From: Deltaproteobacteria bacterium
Lineage (GTDB): Bacteria; Myxococcota; Kuafuiibacteriia; Kuafuiibacteriales; Kuafuiibacteriaceae
NCBI GenBank assembly: GCA_040218735.1
Contig: JAVJQW010000046.1
Span: forward strand, 256,001-320,000
Direction of reading: 5' to 3'
Length of the DNA: 64,000 nt
Below the pieces are notes generated by a model. That model ran no database searches and was not told the DNA's origin. It worked only from the letters and a program-made list of their open reading frames with translations. Every line of letters begins with the position of its first letter. Positions within the stretch are counted from its first letter, which is position 1. This document shows positions 55,537 through 64,000 of this stretch, one piece after another. Both the position numbers and the translations under genes were made by a program.

Positions 55537-56664
55537 ATGAGCATGACCACTAGCCACCCCGGCGCAAAAACGTTAACGCCATCCGCTGTGTCGAGCGCCG
55601 TCGCCACCGCCGGGGCGCTGTCCCGGTTGCCGCCGCTGAAGATCGGCCCGCACGCGATCGCTTGCCCGGTGATCCTCGCGCCGATGGCCGGTGTTTCGGA
55701 GGCGCCCTACCGCGTTATCGCCGGCGAGATGGGCGCGGGTCTCGCGCCGACGGAGCTCGTGAGCGCGAAGGGCCTCGAGTACGCCAACGCGCGCACGGAG
55801 AACTACCTCAAACACGACCCGAAGCTCGAGCCGCTGTTGTCGGTGCAGATCTTCGGCGGGGACCCGGCGTCGATGGCGCGCGGCGCGAAGCTCGCGATGG
55901 CGCGCGGCGCGAAGATGCTCGACATCAACATGGGCTGCCCGGTGAAGAAGGTGACGCGCAACGGTGCGGGCTCGGCGCTGATGACCGACCCGGCGCGCGC
56001 CGCGGCGATCGTCGAGCAGATGCGCGCGGCGGTCGACGACGCCATCCCGATCACCGCGAAGATCCGCGCGGGCTGGGACCACGACCACAAAAACGCGGCG
56101 GAGGTCGGCAAGGCGTTGGAGGGCGCGGGGCTCGCGGCGATCGCGATTCACCCGCGCACGCGCACGCAGGGGTATTCGGGGCACGCGGACTGGTCGATCA
56201 CCCGGGGACTCAAGGAAGCGGTCTCCATACCGGTGATCGCGAACGGCGACATCTGGGACGTCGACGCGGCGCACCGCTGCGTGGAAGAGACCGGCTGCGA
56301 CGCGCTGATGATCGGGCGCGCGGCGCTCGGCAACCCGTGGATCTTCCGCGAGCTCGCAGCGGTGCACGCGGGGCGTCCGTGTCCGCCGAAGCCGTCACCC
56401 TCCGAGCGTGTGGCGGTGGTGCTGCGGCACCTGTCGGAGAACATCGAACACATCGGGGACGAGGAGCGGGCGATCAAGAAGTTCCGCCAGCACCTCATCT
56501 GGTACAGCCGCGGGATGCGCGGCGGTGGGCCCTTCCGCGAGAAGGCCATGCAGCTCGAGACGCGGGCGGCGGTGGAGGACACCGTCGCGGCGTACTTCGG
56601 CGGCGCGCAAATGAGCGACCAGGACGAGACCCCGATCTACGACGAGCGCACCGCGTTCGGTTGA
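55537..56664 (+). CDS. dusB: tRNA-dihydrouridine synthase B
   Basis: LAPMAGV, DINMGCPVKKV, KIRAGWD, HPRTRTQ, ANGDI, MIGRAALGNPWIF; exact start uncertain. Confidence 0.9.
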   Translation: MSMTTSHPGAKTLTPSAVSSAVATAGALSRLPPLKIGPHAIACPVILAPMAGVSEAPYRVIAGEMGAGLAPTELVSAKGLEYANARTENYLKHDPKLEPLLSVQIFGGDPASMARGAKLAMARGAKMLDINMGCPVKKVTRNGAGSALMTDPARAAAIVEQMRAAVDDAIPITAKIRAGWDHDHKNAAEVGKALEGAGLAAIAIHPRTRTQGYSGHADWSITRGLKEAVSIPVIANGDIWDVDAAHRCVEETGCDALMIGRAALGNPWIFRELAAVHAGRPCPPKPSPSERVAVVLRHLSENIEHIGDEERAIKKFRQHLIWYSRGMRGGGPFREKAMQLETRAAVEDTVAAYFGGAQMSDQDETPIYDERTAFG

Positions 56665-56675
56665 GAGGCGGCTTC

Positions 56676-57077
56676 ATGCCCAAGGTCACGTTCAAGAAGA
56701 ACAGGCTCCTCACCGAGGACCTCAGCTACGACGCCGAGGACGGTTCGACGATCCTCGAGGTCGCGAACGCCCACGGCGTCCCCGTCGGATCCAACTGCGG
56801 CGGCGTATGCGGCTGCTCGACGTGCCACGTCTACGTCGTGAAGGGCGAGGACTCGCTCGAAGAGATGTCCGACAAGGAAGCGGACCGCCTCGACCTCGCG
56901 TTCGACGTCCGCCTCGACTCACGCCTCGGCTGTCAGGCGGAGGTGAACGGCGCCGACCTCACCGTCGCGATCAGCGAGGAGAGCCTCAAGGCGTTCTTCG
57001 ACGAGAACCCGGACATCCGGAAGCACTACGAAGCGACGGGTGAGCTGCTGATGATCCCGCACGCGCACTCGCACTGA
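56676..57077 (+). CDS. fdx: 2Fe-2S ferredoxin (ISC/adrenodoxin type)
   Basis: CGGVCGCSTCHVYV...SRLGCQ; GAGG RBS. Confidence 0.9.
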   Translation: MPKVTFKKNRLLTEDLSYDAEDGSTILEVANAHGVPVGSNCGGVCGCSTCHVYVVKGEDSLEEMSDKEADRLDLAFDVRLDSRLGCQAEVNGADLTVAISEESLKAFFDENPDIRKHYEATGELLMIPHAHSH

Positions 57078-57081
57078 GGCG

Positions 57082-58530
57082 ATGACGCTCCCGAACACTG
57101 CCCTGTTCGAAACGTTCTTGGCGTCGTGCACCGTGACCAAGGAGCGCCCCAACGGGCCCAGCGAGAGGCTCCGCGACGGTGCGTTCGACGCGTCCGGCAC
57201 CCTGCAGCTCCCGACGTTGTATCTCGCGTACCCGGACGGCCCGCTCAAGCTCGAGTCCGTGCTCGCGCGCCTCTCGAAGTCGCTCGGAGTCGCGGGTGTC
57301 GACGGCGATCGATCCATCGCGCTCGCAGTGCTGGCCCTCGCGACCGAGACGCGGAGGAGCGAGGGCAGCGTCGTCGACCACGTGAACGAACTTCTCTCGC
57401 GTTCCCTCGACGCGTCGTTCACGATGTGGGCCGTCCTTCCGGCGCGGGCGGCGCCCGGTTACCGAGTTCGAATGGGTCCAACGGAGTTGCGCCCTTTCGA
57501 TCCGCAGAAGCTCCGATACTGGGCGAACAAGATCGGGTGTGCGTACCCATTCGAGCTGAGCGAGCTCGCAGGGATGATGTGCGTCGCTCGCGATCGTCTC
57601 GAGACGCGTATCCTCGACTGGAGCGCGGACGCCGCTGCGCTGCGTCGCCTCTACGCCAAATGGGGTGAGTCGTTCGCGACGATGACGTTGCTCGACGACT
57701 ACTACCACACGGTCTTCGAGTACTTCCTGAGGCAGCTGCCGGAGCAGATCCGAGAAGCGATCATGGTGATCGAGGCGGGCGGGATGCTTCACGTCGATGA
57801 GACGGAGCTCCTGACTCACCTCATGACCCGGACCCTCGGACTGTTTCAGTGGCAGGCGGACGGCAAGACACGAGGTTGGGCGGTCGCAACGAGGCGGGGT
57901 CGCATCACCTCGTCGCACCCGGCACCCGAGGTGTGGGCCGAGGTTCGCGCTTGGCTGCGGGAGCAGTTCGAGCTCGAAGGCGACCTTCCCACGACGCGGT
58001 TGGCGGATTCCGTGCGCGCCTACACCAGCTTCCTCCAGAGGGCGCAACGGCATCGTTGGGGCGGTCGACCGCAGGAGGGCTTCCTGCACTTCGTCATCGC
58101 GCTCGATCTCCTGCTCGGGCTCGAAGGGCAGTCGACGCAGTCCGTGTCTGCGCGCACGGCCACGCTCGTTCATCGCGCCTTCGGGCGAACGCTCGGGGAG
58201 CAGAAGGTGATCCTCAAACGCCTCTACAACTCTCGGAGCAAGTACGTGCACGAGGGCCGGCTCCCGCCCGAGGGGGAGGACGACGAGGTCGAAGCGATCT
58301 GCGTCGAAGTCCTATGGGCGCTGCTCGCGGCTTCGCGAGCGGGAGAGGTCGAGGACGTACACGACTGGATTCGTCAGATCGACTTCGTCACGAGCGCCTT
58401 GGACGCGGGACGCACGCCGTCCGATGACGATCTCTCTCGGATTGGAATCTCGCTCGAGCGCCGGGTCCGCCCGAGCCGCGTCGAAAACCTGAGCTACGAT
58501 CCGTTCGCGGTCCTTCCGCGCGCGGACTGA
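57082..58530 (+). CDS. HEPN-domain protein (Apea-like HEPN)
   Basis: FLHFVIALDLLL...VSARTA...LKRLYNSRSKYVHEG (R-x4-H). Confidence 0.72.
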   Translation: MTLPNTALFETFLASCTVTKERPNGPSERLRDGAFDASGTLQLPTLYLAYPDGPLKLESVLARLSKSLGVAGVDGDRSIALAVLALATETRRSEGSVVDHVNELLSRSLDASFTMWAVLPARAAPGYRVRMGPTELRPFDPQKLRYWANKIGCAYPFELSELAGMMCVARDRLETRILDWSADAAALRRLYAKWGESFATMTLLDDYYHTVFEYFLRQLPEQIREAIMVIEAGGMLHVDETELLTHLMTRTLGLFQWQADGKTRGWAVATRRGRITSSHPAPEVWAEVRAWLREQFELEGDLPTTRLADSVRAYTSFLQRAQRHRWGGRPQEGFLHFVIALDLLLGLEGQSTQSVSARTATLVHRAFGRTLGEQKVILKRLYNSRSKYVHEGRLPPEGEDDEVEAICVEVLWALLAASRAGEVEDVHDWIRQIDFVTSALDAGRTPSDDDLSRIGISLERRVRPSRVENLSYDPFAVLPRAD

Positions 58531-58552
58531 GCCTCACCCTTCGACGAAGAAG

Positions 58553-59398
58553 TCAGGCGGCGCCTTCGAGCGTCTTGCCCCAGCTGGGCGCCGGGCCGTT
58601 GTTGCGCTCGTAGCGCTCCGCCATCCCCTTCACCTGCGAGGTCAGCATCGTGAACCAGTCCATGCCGGGGAGGGCGTGGATGGTCTTCTCGGCCTCGCGG
58701 AGCGGGGCGCGCTCCGCTTCGGTGCCGAACATCGATGCGGCGATGAAGTCGAGGTTGTCCTGGCCGCCGACGCCCGCGCCGACGACGTGGAAGAAGTTGC
58801 GGAGGATGAACGAGGTGAGCTTCTGCGCGAAGCGGTCGCCCTCGAGGCGCTGCTTCGCCTGTGAGTAGTAGAACGCGAAGTGCTTGCGCTCCTGTTTGAC
58901 GATGCGGCGGAGCAGCTCGGCGAGCACCGGGTTCTTGGTGCGCTCTTCGAGCGACTGGTAGGCGGCGCCGGCGGTCAGCTCGTTGATCGCGCCCCACGTC
59001 ATGTGCGCCGCGATGAATTTCGGGGTGATGTAGACAGTCCCTTGGGAGAGGACCATCTCGATGGCTTCCCAGATGGACGTCTGCTCCGTGACCGTCTTGT
59101 AACGATCCGGATCGGAGTAGCCGCACACCTCGAGGAGCTTGGAGATCGCACGACCATGCCAGAGCTCTTCGTAGACCCACACCGACAAGAACGACGTGAT
59201 CGTCGGATCCTTCGCGCTGTGCCCGGCCAGCAGGTCGCGCATGTACAGGATCGTATGGGTCTCGGTGTCGCCCATGTACAGGAGGACGCGTGCCTCCTCT
59301 TCCGTGATGCCGATTCGCCGGCACTCGTCCCAGTCGAGGTCGTCCAGCTTGACCGCGCCGGACAGACCGATGAACCGATCGATGTCGAAATCCGCCAT
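58553..59398 (-). CDS. Ferritin-like di-iron protein
   Basis: DTE, WVYEELWHG, AINE..Y, QERKHFAFY (two ExxH motifs). Confidence 0.8.
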   Translation of the reverse strand: MADFDIDRFIGLSGAVKLDDLDWDECRRIGITEEEARVLLYMGDTETHTILYMRDLLAGHSAKDPTITSFLSVWVYEELWHGRAISKLLEVCGYSDPDRYKTVTEQTSIWEAIEMVLSQGTVYITPKFIAAHMTWGAINELTAGAAYQSLEERTKNPVLAELLRRIVKQERKHFAFYYSQAKQRLEGDRFAQKLTSFILRNFFHVVGAGVGGQDNLDFIAASMFGTEAERAPLREAEKTIHALPGMDWFTMLTSQVKGMAERYERNNGPAPSWGKTLEGAA

Positions 59399-59564
59399 GA
59401 CTCGTGTACGTGCGAAACCGAAACTCGGACTCGCGGCCGGCACCTAAGCGCGTTCAGTCCAGCAAGACAAGCGATGATGGTTGTCGGCGATCGCGCGCCG
59501 GACGACCCTTGTCCGACGCGGTCCGGCGTTGGTAAGGCAGGGGCGGGTTGAAGCCGTGCGAAGC

Positions 59565-60143
59565 ATGAAGGTCATTGTCGGGTTTTCGGCGGTGCTGACC
59601 GTCGCGGGCGGCCTGTTCGGTGGCGTCGCCGAGGCGGGCAACGCCGCCACGGAGAAGCCGATCAAGCGGTTCGTTAACGCGGTGCGCTACAACAAGGACG
59701 CGCTCGCGCTCAAGCAGGTCGACGGGGACGCCCAGGGGCGGGTCCTGCTCGGCGATGCGTGGGCGAAGGGCTCCAAGGCGCAACAGCAGGAGTTCATCAA
59801 GCTGTTCCACCGCATCTTCTCGGCCTCGGCGTTCCCGCGACTGCGGGACAACCTCTCGAAGATCGAGACGATCGTCTACGCGGATCCGAAGAAGGACGGC
59901 CGCGACGCGACCGTGACGTCGACGCTGGTGCTCCTCCACCCGCTCAAGAAGGAGGAGATCAAGGTCCATTACCTGCTGACGCAGTCGAAGAAGGGCTACC
60001 GGCTGGTGGACGTCACCTTCGAAGGTGACCGCTCCTTGCTCACCAACGTTCGCGAGGACCAGATCAAACCGCTCTTCGCCGAAGGCGGCTGGTCGCACGT
60101 CCTCGAGATGATGCGCGCTCGGGTCAAGCAGCTCGACGGATGA
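59565..60143 (+). CDS. MlaC/Ttg2D (HpnM-like) periplasmic lipid-binding protein
   Basis: Signal peptide; W...S.AQQQEFIKLF; YRLVDVTFEG.SLL. Confidence 0.75.
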   Translation: MKVIVGFSAVLTVAGGLFGGVAEAGNAATEKPIKRFVNAVRYNKDALALKQVDGDAQGRVLLGDAWAKGSKAQQQEFIKLFHRIFSASAFPRLRDNLSKIETIVYADPKKDGRDATVTSTLVLLHPLKKEEIKVHYLLTQSKKGYRLVDVTFEGDRSLLTNVREDQIKPLFAEGGWSHVLEMMRARVKQLDG

Positions 60144-62635
60144 AGCGCCCCATCCTCGACGCCTGGGTGCGTGCCCTCACGCATCGACCGGGTGTCACCC
60201 TCAGCGTCGTCCTCGCCTTCTGTGTCGCCGCGGCCGTGGCGGCCTCGACGCTCACGCTCGACACGAACCAGCTGAACCTGCTCGACCCCGATCTGCGGCA
60301 GGTGAAGAACACCCACCGCATCACGGACATGAACGGGGGCGCGGGTTTTCTGATCCTCGCGCTCCGCGGCCGTGACATCGAGCAGCTGAAGGCGGTCGCG
60401 ACCGACGTCGCGACCGAGCTCCGCAAGGACGAGGCGACGATCCTGTCCGCGCGCGAGAAGCTGGACGTCGGCTTCCTGAGGAAGAACGCGGCGCTGTTCA
60501 TGAAGACCGAGGACCTCGAGGAGGTTCGGCGGCGCGTGATGGCGAAGCTGAAGGACGTCGTGAAGCGCGCGAGCCCGTTCTTCTTCGAGATCAAGAAGAC
60601 GGAGCCGGTGAAGCTGGAGCTCGACGACATCCTCGCGAAGTACCAGCTCGGGAACCGGCGGATGGAGGAGGACTACAACGTCAGCGCCGACGGCGAGATG
60701 GCGCTCATCCTCATCAAGCCGACGTGGGACTCGAACGAGCTCGAGAAGACGGCGTCGCTCGTCGAGCAGGTGCGCGAGATGCTCGCCGCGTACGACAAAC
60801 GCGACGTCTCCCTCGTCGAGGACTACGAGCCGACGCCCGCCGAGAAGAAGAGCGTGATCGAGTACGGCTTCACCGGGACGTACAAGACCAACTACGACGA
60901 CAGCAACGAGATGACGTCGTCGCTCGTCCCGGTGAGCGGCGTGGCGTTCCTCGGCGTGGTGTTCGTGCTCGTGCTGTTCTTCCGGCGCCAGCTGTTCCTG
61001 ATCGCGACGGTCATCGTGTCGCTGCTGCTCGGGCTCTTGCTGACGTTCGGCTTCGCGGCGGTCACGGTGGGCCAGCTCAACATCATCACCGGCATCCTCG
61101 GCGGCATCCTGATGGGCTTCGGGATCGACTTCGGCATCCACTTCGCCTTCCGGCTGCGGTGGGAGCTGAAGATCGGCAACTCCCTCCCCAATGCGGTCGA
61201 GAACACCGTGCGCAACGCGGGGCCCGCCTCGTTCGCGGCGGCGTCGGGCGTCGGGGCTGCGTTCCTCTCGCTGTGTTTCTCGGACTTCCGCGGCTTCTCC
61301 GAGTTCGGGCTCCTCGCGGGCGTCGGCACGTTCCTCGTCGGCGGGATGATGTACCTGTTCGTCCCGGCGCTGTTGGTGTGGCTGCACGTGCGGTGGCCGG
61401 CGATGCGTCGGTGGATCGGAACGGAGCACGACGAAGACGCGGAGGCCCCCTCCGGTCACGTGTTGGAGCGCCCGGGGATCGTGCTGGCGGTCGCCTCGCT
61501 GGTCGCGGTGGCCATCGCGGCCTTCGCGCCGCGGATCGGCTTCGAGTACAACTCGCGCGCGCTGATGGTGGAGGGGCAGACGTCCGTGCTGCTCCAGGAC
61601 GAGATTCGGGAGCGCTTCGCGATCTCGTCGGACCCGGTCGCGATCTATTCAAAGGATTTGACCGAAGCGAAGGACGTCTACGACGCCCTCCAGCCGCTCG
61701 ACGAGGACCGCTTCTCGACGGTCGACGCGGTCATCTCGATCTACAGCTTCGTGCCGCCCGAGGCGCAGCAGAAGGCGAACGTGAAGGTGCTCGAAGCGTG
61801 GCGCGAGGAGCTCGCCTCCGTCGTCACGGACGAGTCGCGGATCCCGGCGGAGTTCAAGCCGCGCTACGAACAGATGAAGACGATGCTGTCGGCGGAGCCG
61901 TACGGCGTCGAGGACGTCCCGGAGCACCTCGAGCAGATCGTCACGAACCTCCCGTCCGCGAAGCCCGAGAACCACGGCTACCTCACGCTGGTCTACGCGG
62001 GCGTCGACCTGTGGGACGGCAAGATGATGCTCAAGTTCTCCGACGAGCTGGAGACGATCGTCGCGCCGAGCGGCAAGGAGTACCACGCGGCAGGCATCCC
62101 GATTCTGTTCTCCGTGCTCGCGAAGATCGTGCTCGCGGATGGACGCACGACGGTGATGTTCACCGGGGTCCTGCTCGTGCTGATCCTGCTGATCGAGTTC
62201 CGCTCGCTGCGGGATCTGATCGTCGCGCTGGTGCCGCTGACGTTGGGGATGGCGGTGATGCTCGGGCTGATCGTGTTGTTCGGCGGCGAGCTGAACTTCA
62301 TGAACGTCATCGTCTTCCCGATCATCCTCGGGTACGGCGTCAGCCACGGCGTGTACTTGATCCACCGCTTCAACGAGGGCGTGAGCCCGGCCGAGGCGTT
62401 GCGCTCCGTGGGCGCTGCGGTGACGTGCTCGACGCTCACGTCGCTCGCCGGTTGGGGCGCGCTCCTCACGGCGGCGCACCAGGGGCTGGCGTCGATGGGC
62501 ACGGTCGCGTGTTTCGGGATGGTCGCGACGCTCTGTGTGTCGTTCACGATCATGTTGCCGGTGCTCGAGCTGCTGTACCGGCGCCGGGACGCCGCGCCCG
62601 TATCGACCGTCGAGCAGATGAACGATGCGGCGTGA
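60140..62635 (+). CDS. MMPL/RND family transporter (HpnN-like)
   Basis: Two 1+5 TM modules with large periplasmic loops; GFGIDFGIH, FRGFSEFG, TCSTLTS. Confidence 0.88.
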   Translation: MKRPILDAWVRALTHRPGVTLSVVLAFCVAAAVAASTLTLDTNQLNLLDPDLRQVKNTHRITDMNGGAGFLILALRGRDIEQLKAVATDVATELRKDEATILSAREKLDVGFLRKNAALFMKTEDLEEVRRRVMAKLKDVVKRASPFFFEIKKTEPVKLELDDILAKYQLGNRRMEEDYNVSADGEMALILIKPTWDSNELEKTASLVEQVREMLAAYDKRDVSLVEDYEPTPAEKKSVIEYGFTGTYKTNYDDSNEMTSSLVPVSGVAFLGVVFVLVLFFRRQLFLIATVIVSLLLGLLLTFGFAAVTVGQLNIITGILGGILMGFGIDFGIHFAFRLRWELKIGNSLPNAVENTVRNAGPASFAAASGVGAAFLSLCFSDFRGFSEFGLLAGVGTFLVGGMMYLFVPALLVWLHVRWPAMRRWIGTEHDEDAEAPSGHVLERPGIVLAVASLVAVAIAAFAPRIGFEYNSRALMVEGQTSVLLQDEIRERFAISSDPVAIYSKDLTEAKDVYDALQPLDEDRFSTVDAVISIYSFVPPEAQQKANVKVLEAWREELASVVTDESRIPAEFKPRYEQMKTMLSAEPYGVEDVPEHLEQIVTNLPSAKPENHGYLTLVYAGVDLWDGKMMLKFSDELETIVAPSGKEYHAAGIPILFSVLAKIVLADGRTTVMFTGVLLVLILLIEFRSLRDLIVALVPLTLGMAVMLGLIVLFGGELNFMNVIVFPIILGYGVSHGVYLIHRFNEGVSPAEALRSVGAAVTCSTLTSLAGWGALLTAAHQGLASMGTVACFGMVATLCVSFTIMLPVLELLYRRRDAAPVSTVEQMNDAA

Positions 62636-63200
62636 GCTCCTGATTGCGCTGGTCGCGCTCACCGGTTGCTCGGTGGTGCAGCACAGCCACGTGCGCCCCG
62701 ACTACGACGCCGAGGACAAGCAGAAGACGGTGCGCCTGATCGCGCTCGCGGTGCCGTCCCCGAACGGCGACGCCGCCCGCGGGCGCCTCGTCGCGAAGAT
62801 CACGCAGCGCTACGCGAACCATCACCGAGACTTCGTGGTGACGACCGCGAGCACCGCAGCGTCGCTCCCCGAGGACCGCTGCGCCGACGACATGCACGGC
62901 GTCCTGAAGGTCGCCGCGAAGTACACGGACGGCGACGAGATCGGCATCGAGGCCGAGGCGGAGATGGTGCGCTGCCGCGACGGCGAGCAGGTCTGGGCCG
63001 CGGGCGGCTCGGGCTCATGGCCGAAGGACGACCCGCAGATCTCCCAGGTCATCAAGCAGTACCGCGAAGAGATCGGCGAGGACGTCGCGCCCTACGTGCC
63101 GGCGACGTTCCACCTGCTGCGCGCGCTGCTCGACACGCTCCCGTACCCCGAGCTCGTCGACGACGACCTGGTGCTCGAGAAGATCGATCTCGAGGATTGA
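62625..63200 (+). CDS. Lipoprotein (resembles MXAN_6521/LA_1396 family)
   Basis: Lipobox LTGC; overlaps the MMPL stop; family recalled from context, not searched. Confidence 0.65.
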   Translation: MRRELLIALVALTGCSVVQHSHVRPDYDAEDKQKTVRLIALAVPSPNGDAARGRLVAKITQRYANHHRDFVVTTASTAASLPEDRCADDMHGVLKVAAKYTDGDEIGIEAEAEMVRCRDGEQVWAAGGSGSWPKDDPQISQVIKQYREEIGEDVAPYVPATFHLLRALLDTLPYPELVDDDLVLEKIDLED

Positions 63201-63284
63201 GGTCCCCGACCATCGGTACGCCGCATCGGTGACGCCTGCGGGTGGGCCCTTGCCGCGGAGCGCCGGCGCGCGGGTCCAAACGAC

Positions 63285-64000
63285 ATGTGGACCCTCCGGC
63301 GCTCTCGGCTCACCCCTGTCTTGGCTTCGCTGGTGTTCTCGGTCGCGTGTGACTGCGGAGACTCCGCGCTCTACCAGCTCGACGCGACGATCGTGGCGAC
63401 GCCGACGCCGCTCGCGTTCGGGACCGTGCTCGACGTGGCTTCGACGCAGGTGCTGACGGTGGAGAACGTCGGGCGGGCGGAGCTGGAGATCTATTCGATC
63501 GAACGCTCCGAGGATTGGGACGCGCGGTTCTCGTTCGCGGCGGAGCCGATACGGCTCGAGGCCGACGGTCGTGTGGAGTGGGCGGTGACGTTCGACCCGA
63601 CGTTCGAGGGGCCCGCGGGCGGGGCGATTCACATCCACTCGAACGACATCGAGACGCCAGTGCTCGTCGTGCCGCTGGAGGCGCTCGCGGAGCGGACCAC
63701 GCCGCCCGCGCCGCCGCAGCTCGTCGTGTGCGCGGAGCGCGCGGGGGCCGCGGCGACGTGCAGCGCGCCGCACACGATCGACTTCGACACCGTGCCGACG
63801 GGGGAGTCACGCGAAGGGGCGATCGTCCTGGAGAACCGCGGTGGCTCGCCGCTGACGATCGCTTCGGCGTCGGTGGTCGCGGCGTCGTCCGCGGTACAGG
63901 TGCTCCCGTCCTTGGCGGACCTTCGGCTCGCGCCGGGCGCGACGGCGGTGCTCGAGGTCGACTTCGCGCCGACGGACGCGCAGCCGCAGAGCGCGACGGT
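63285..64000 (+). CDS. Lipoprotein with repeated choice-of-anchor D / ASH Ig-like domains, partial (runs off the window)
   Basis: Manual translation MWTLRR...VACDCG; LAFG...LTVENVG..ELEI...VTFDP...IHSND; second repeat IDFD...LENRGGSPLTI...VDFAP. Confidence 0.75.
   Translation, partial: MWTLRRSRLTPVLASLVFSVACDCGDSALYQLDATIVATPTPLAFGTVLDVASTQVLTVENVGRAELEIYSIERSEDWDARFSFAAEPIRLEADGRVEWAVTFDPTFEGPAGGAIHIHSNDIETPVLVVPLEALAERTTPPAPPQLVVCAERAGAAATCSAPHTIDFDTVPTGESREGAIVLENRGGSPLTIASASVVAASSAVQVLPSLADLRLAPGATAVLEVDFAPTDAQPQSAT

Noticed and set aside
55662-56675. Apparent long N-terminal extension fused to the ferredoxin
   Set aside because: Out-of-frame overlap with dusB; the ferredoxin has its own RBS and ATG at 56676

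Overview
High-GC window, probably from a Myxococcota (myxobacteria-like deltaproteobacterium) chromosome, judged from DUF4215-type cysteine-rich repeats, a MYXO-CTERM-like tail, a TraB-like OmpA and the myxobacterial gsp layout. From left to right it holds: a type II secretion operon (gspC-D-E-[extra pseudopilin-like gene]-F-G-H-I, running off the left edge) behind a sigma-54-type promoter; a Ser/Thr kinase and a CheB-CheR-PAS hybrid kinase; a ~12 kb sugar-tailoring island built around an HMW1C/GT41-like glycosyltransferase and a truncated paralog of it; a SRAP gene; several large surface lipoproteins; glmU-glmS; a degenerate PPK2; a TraB-like OmpA; an orphan PilY1-like adhesin; a metallopeptidase; a RidA/WYL pair; dusB-ferredoxin-HEPN; and an MlaC/MMPL/lipoprotein lipid-transport module. 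The best candidate for an undescribed system is the glycosylation island. It has no lipid-carrier or flippase genes. Its four divergent promoters and the distant pilY1 gene share a FliA/WhiG (sigma-28)-like motif, CTCAAG-N14/15-(G)CCGA(A/T/C), with one degenerate copy. This suggests a co-regulated cytoplasmic protein-glycosylation system for pilus or surface proteins. No rRNA, tRNA, CRISPR array or transposase was seen. All family calls come from motif recognition by eye, with no database searches.
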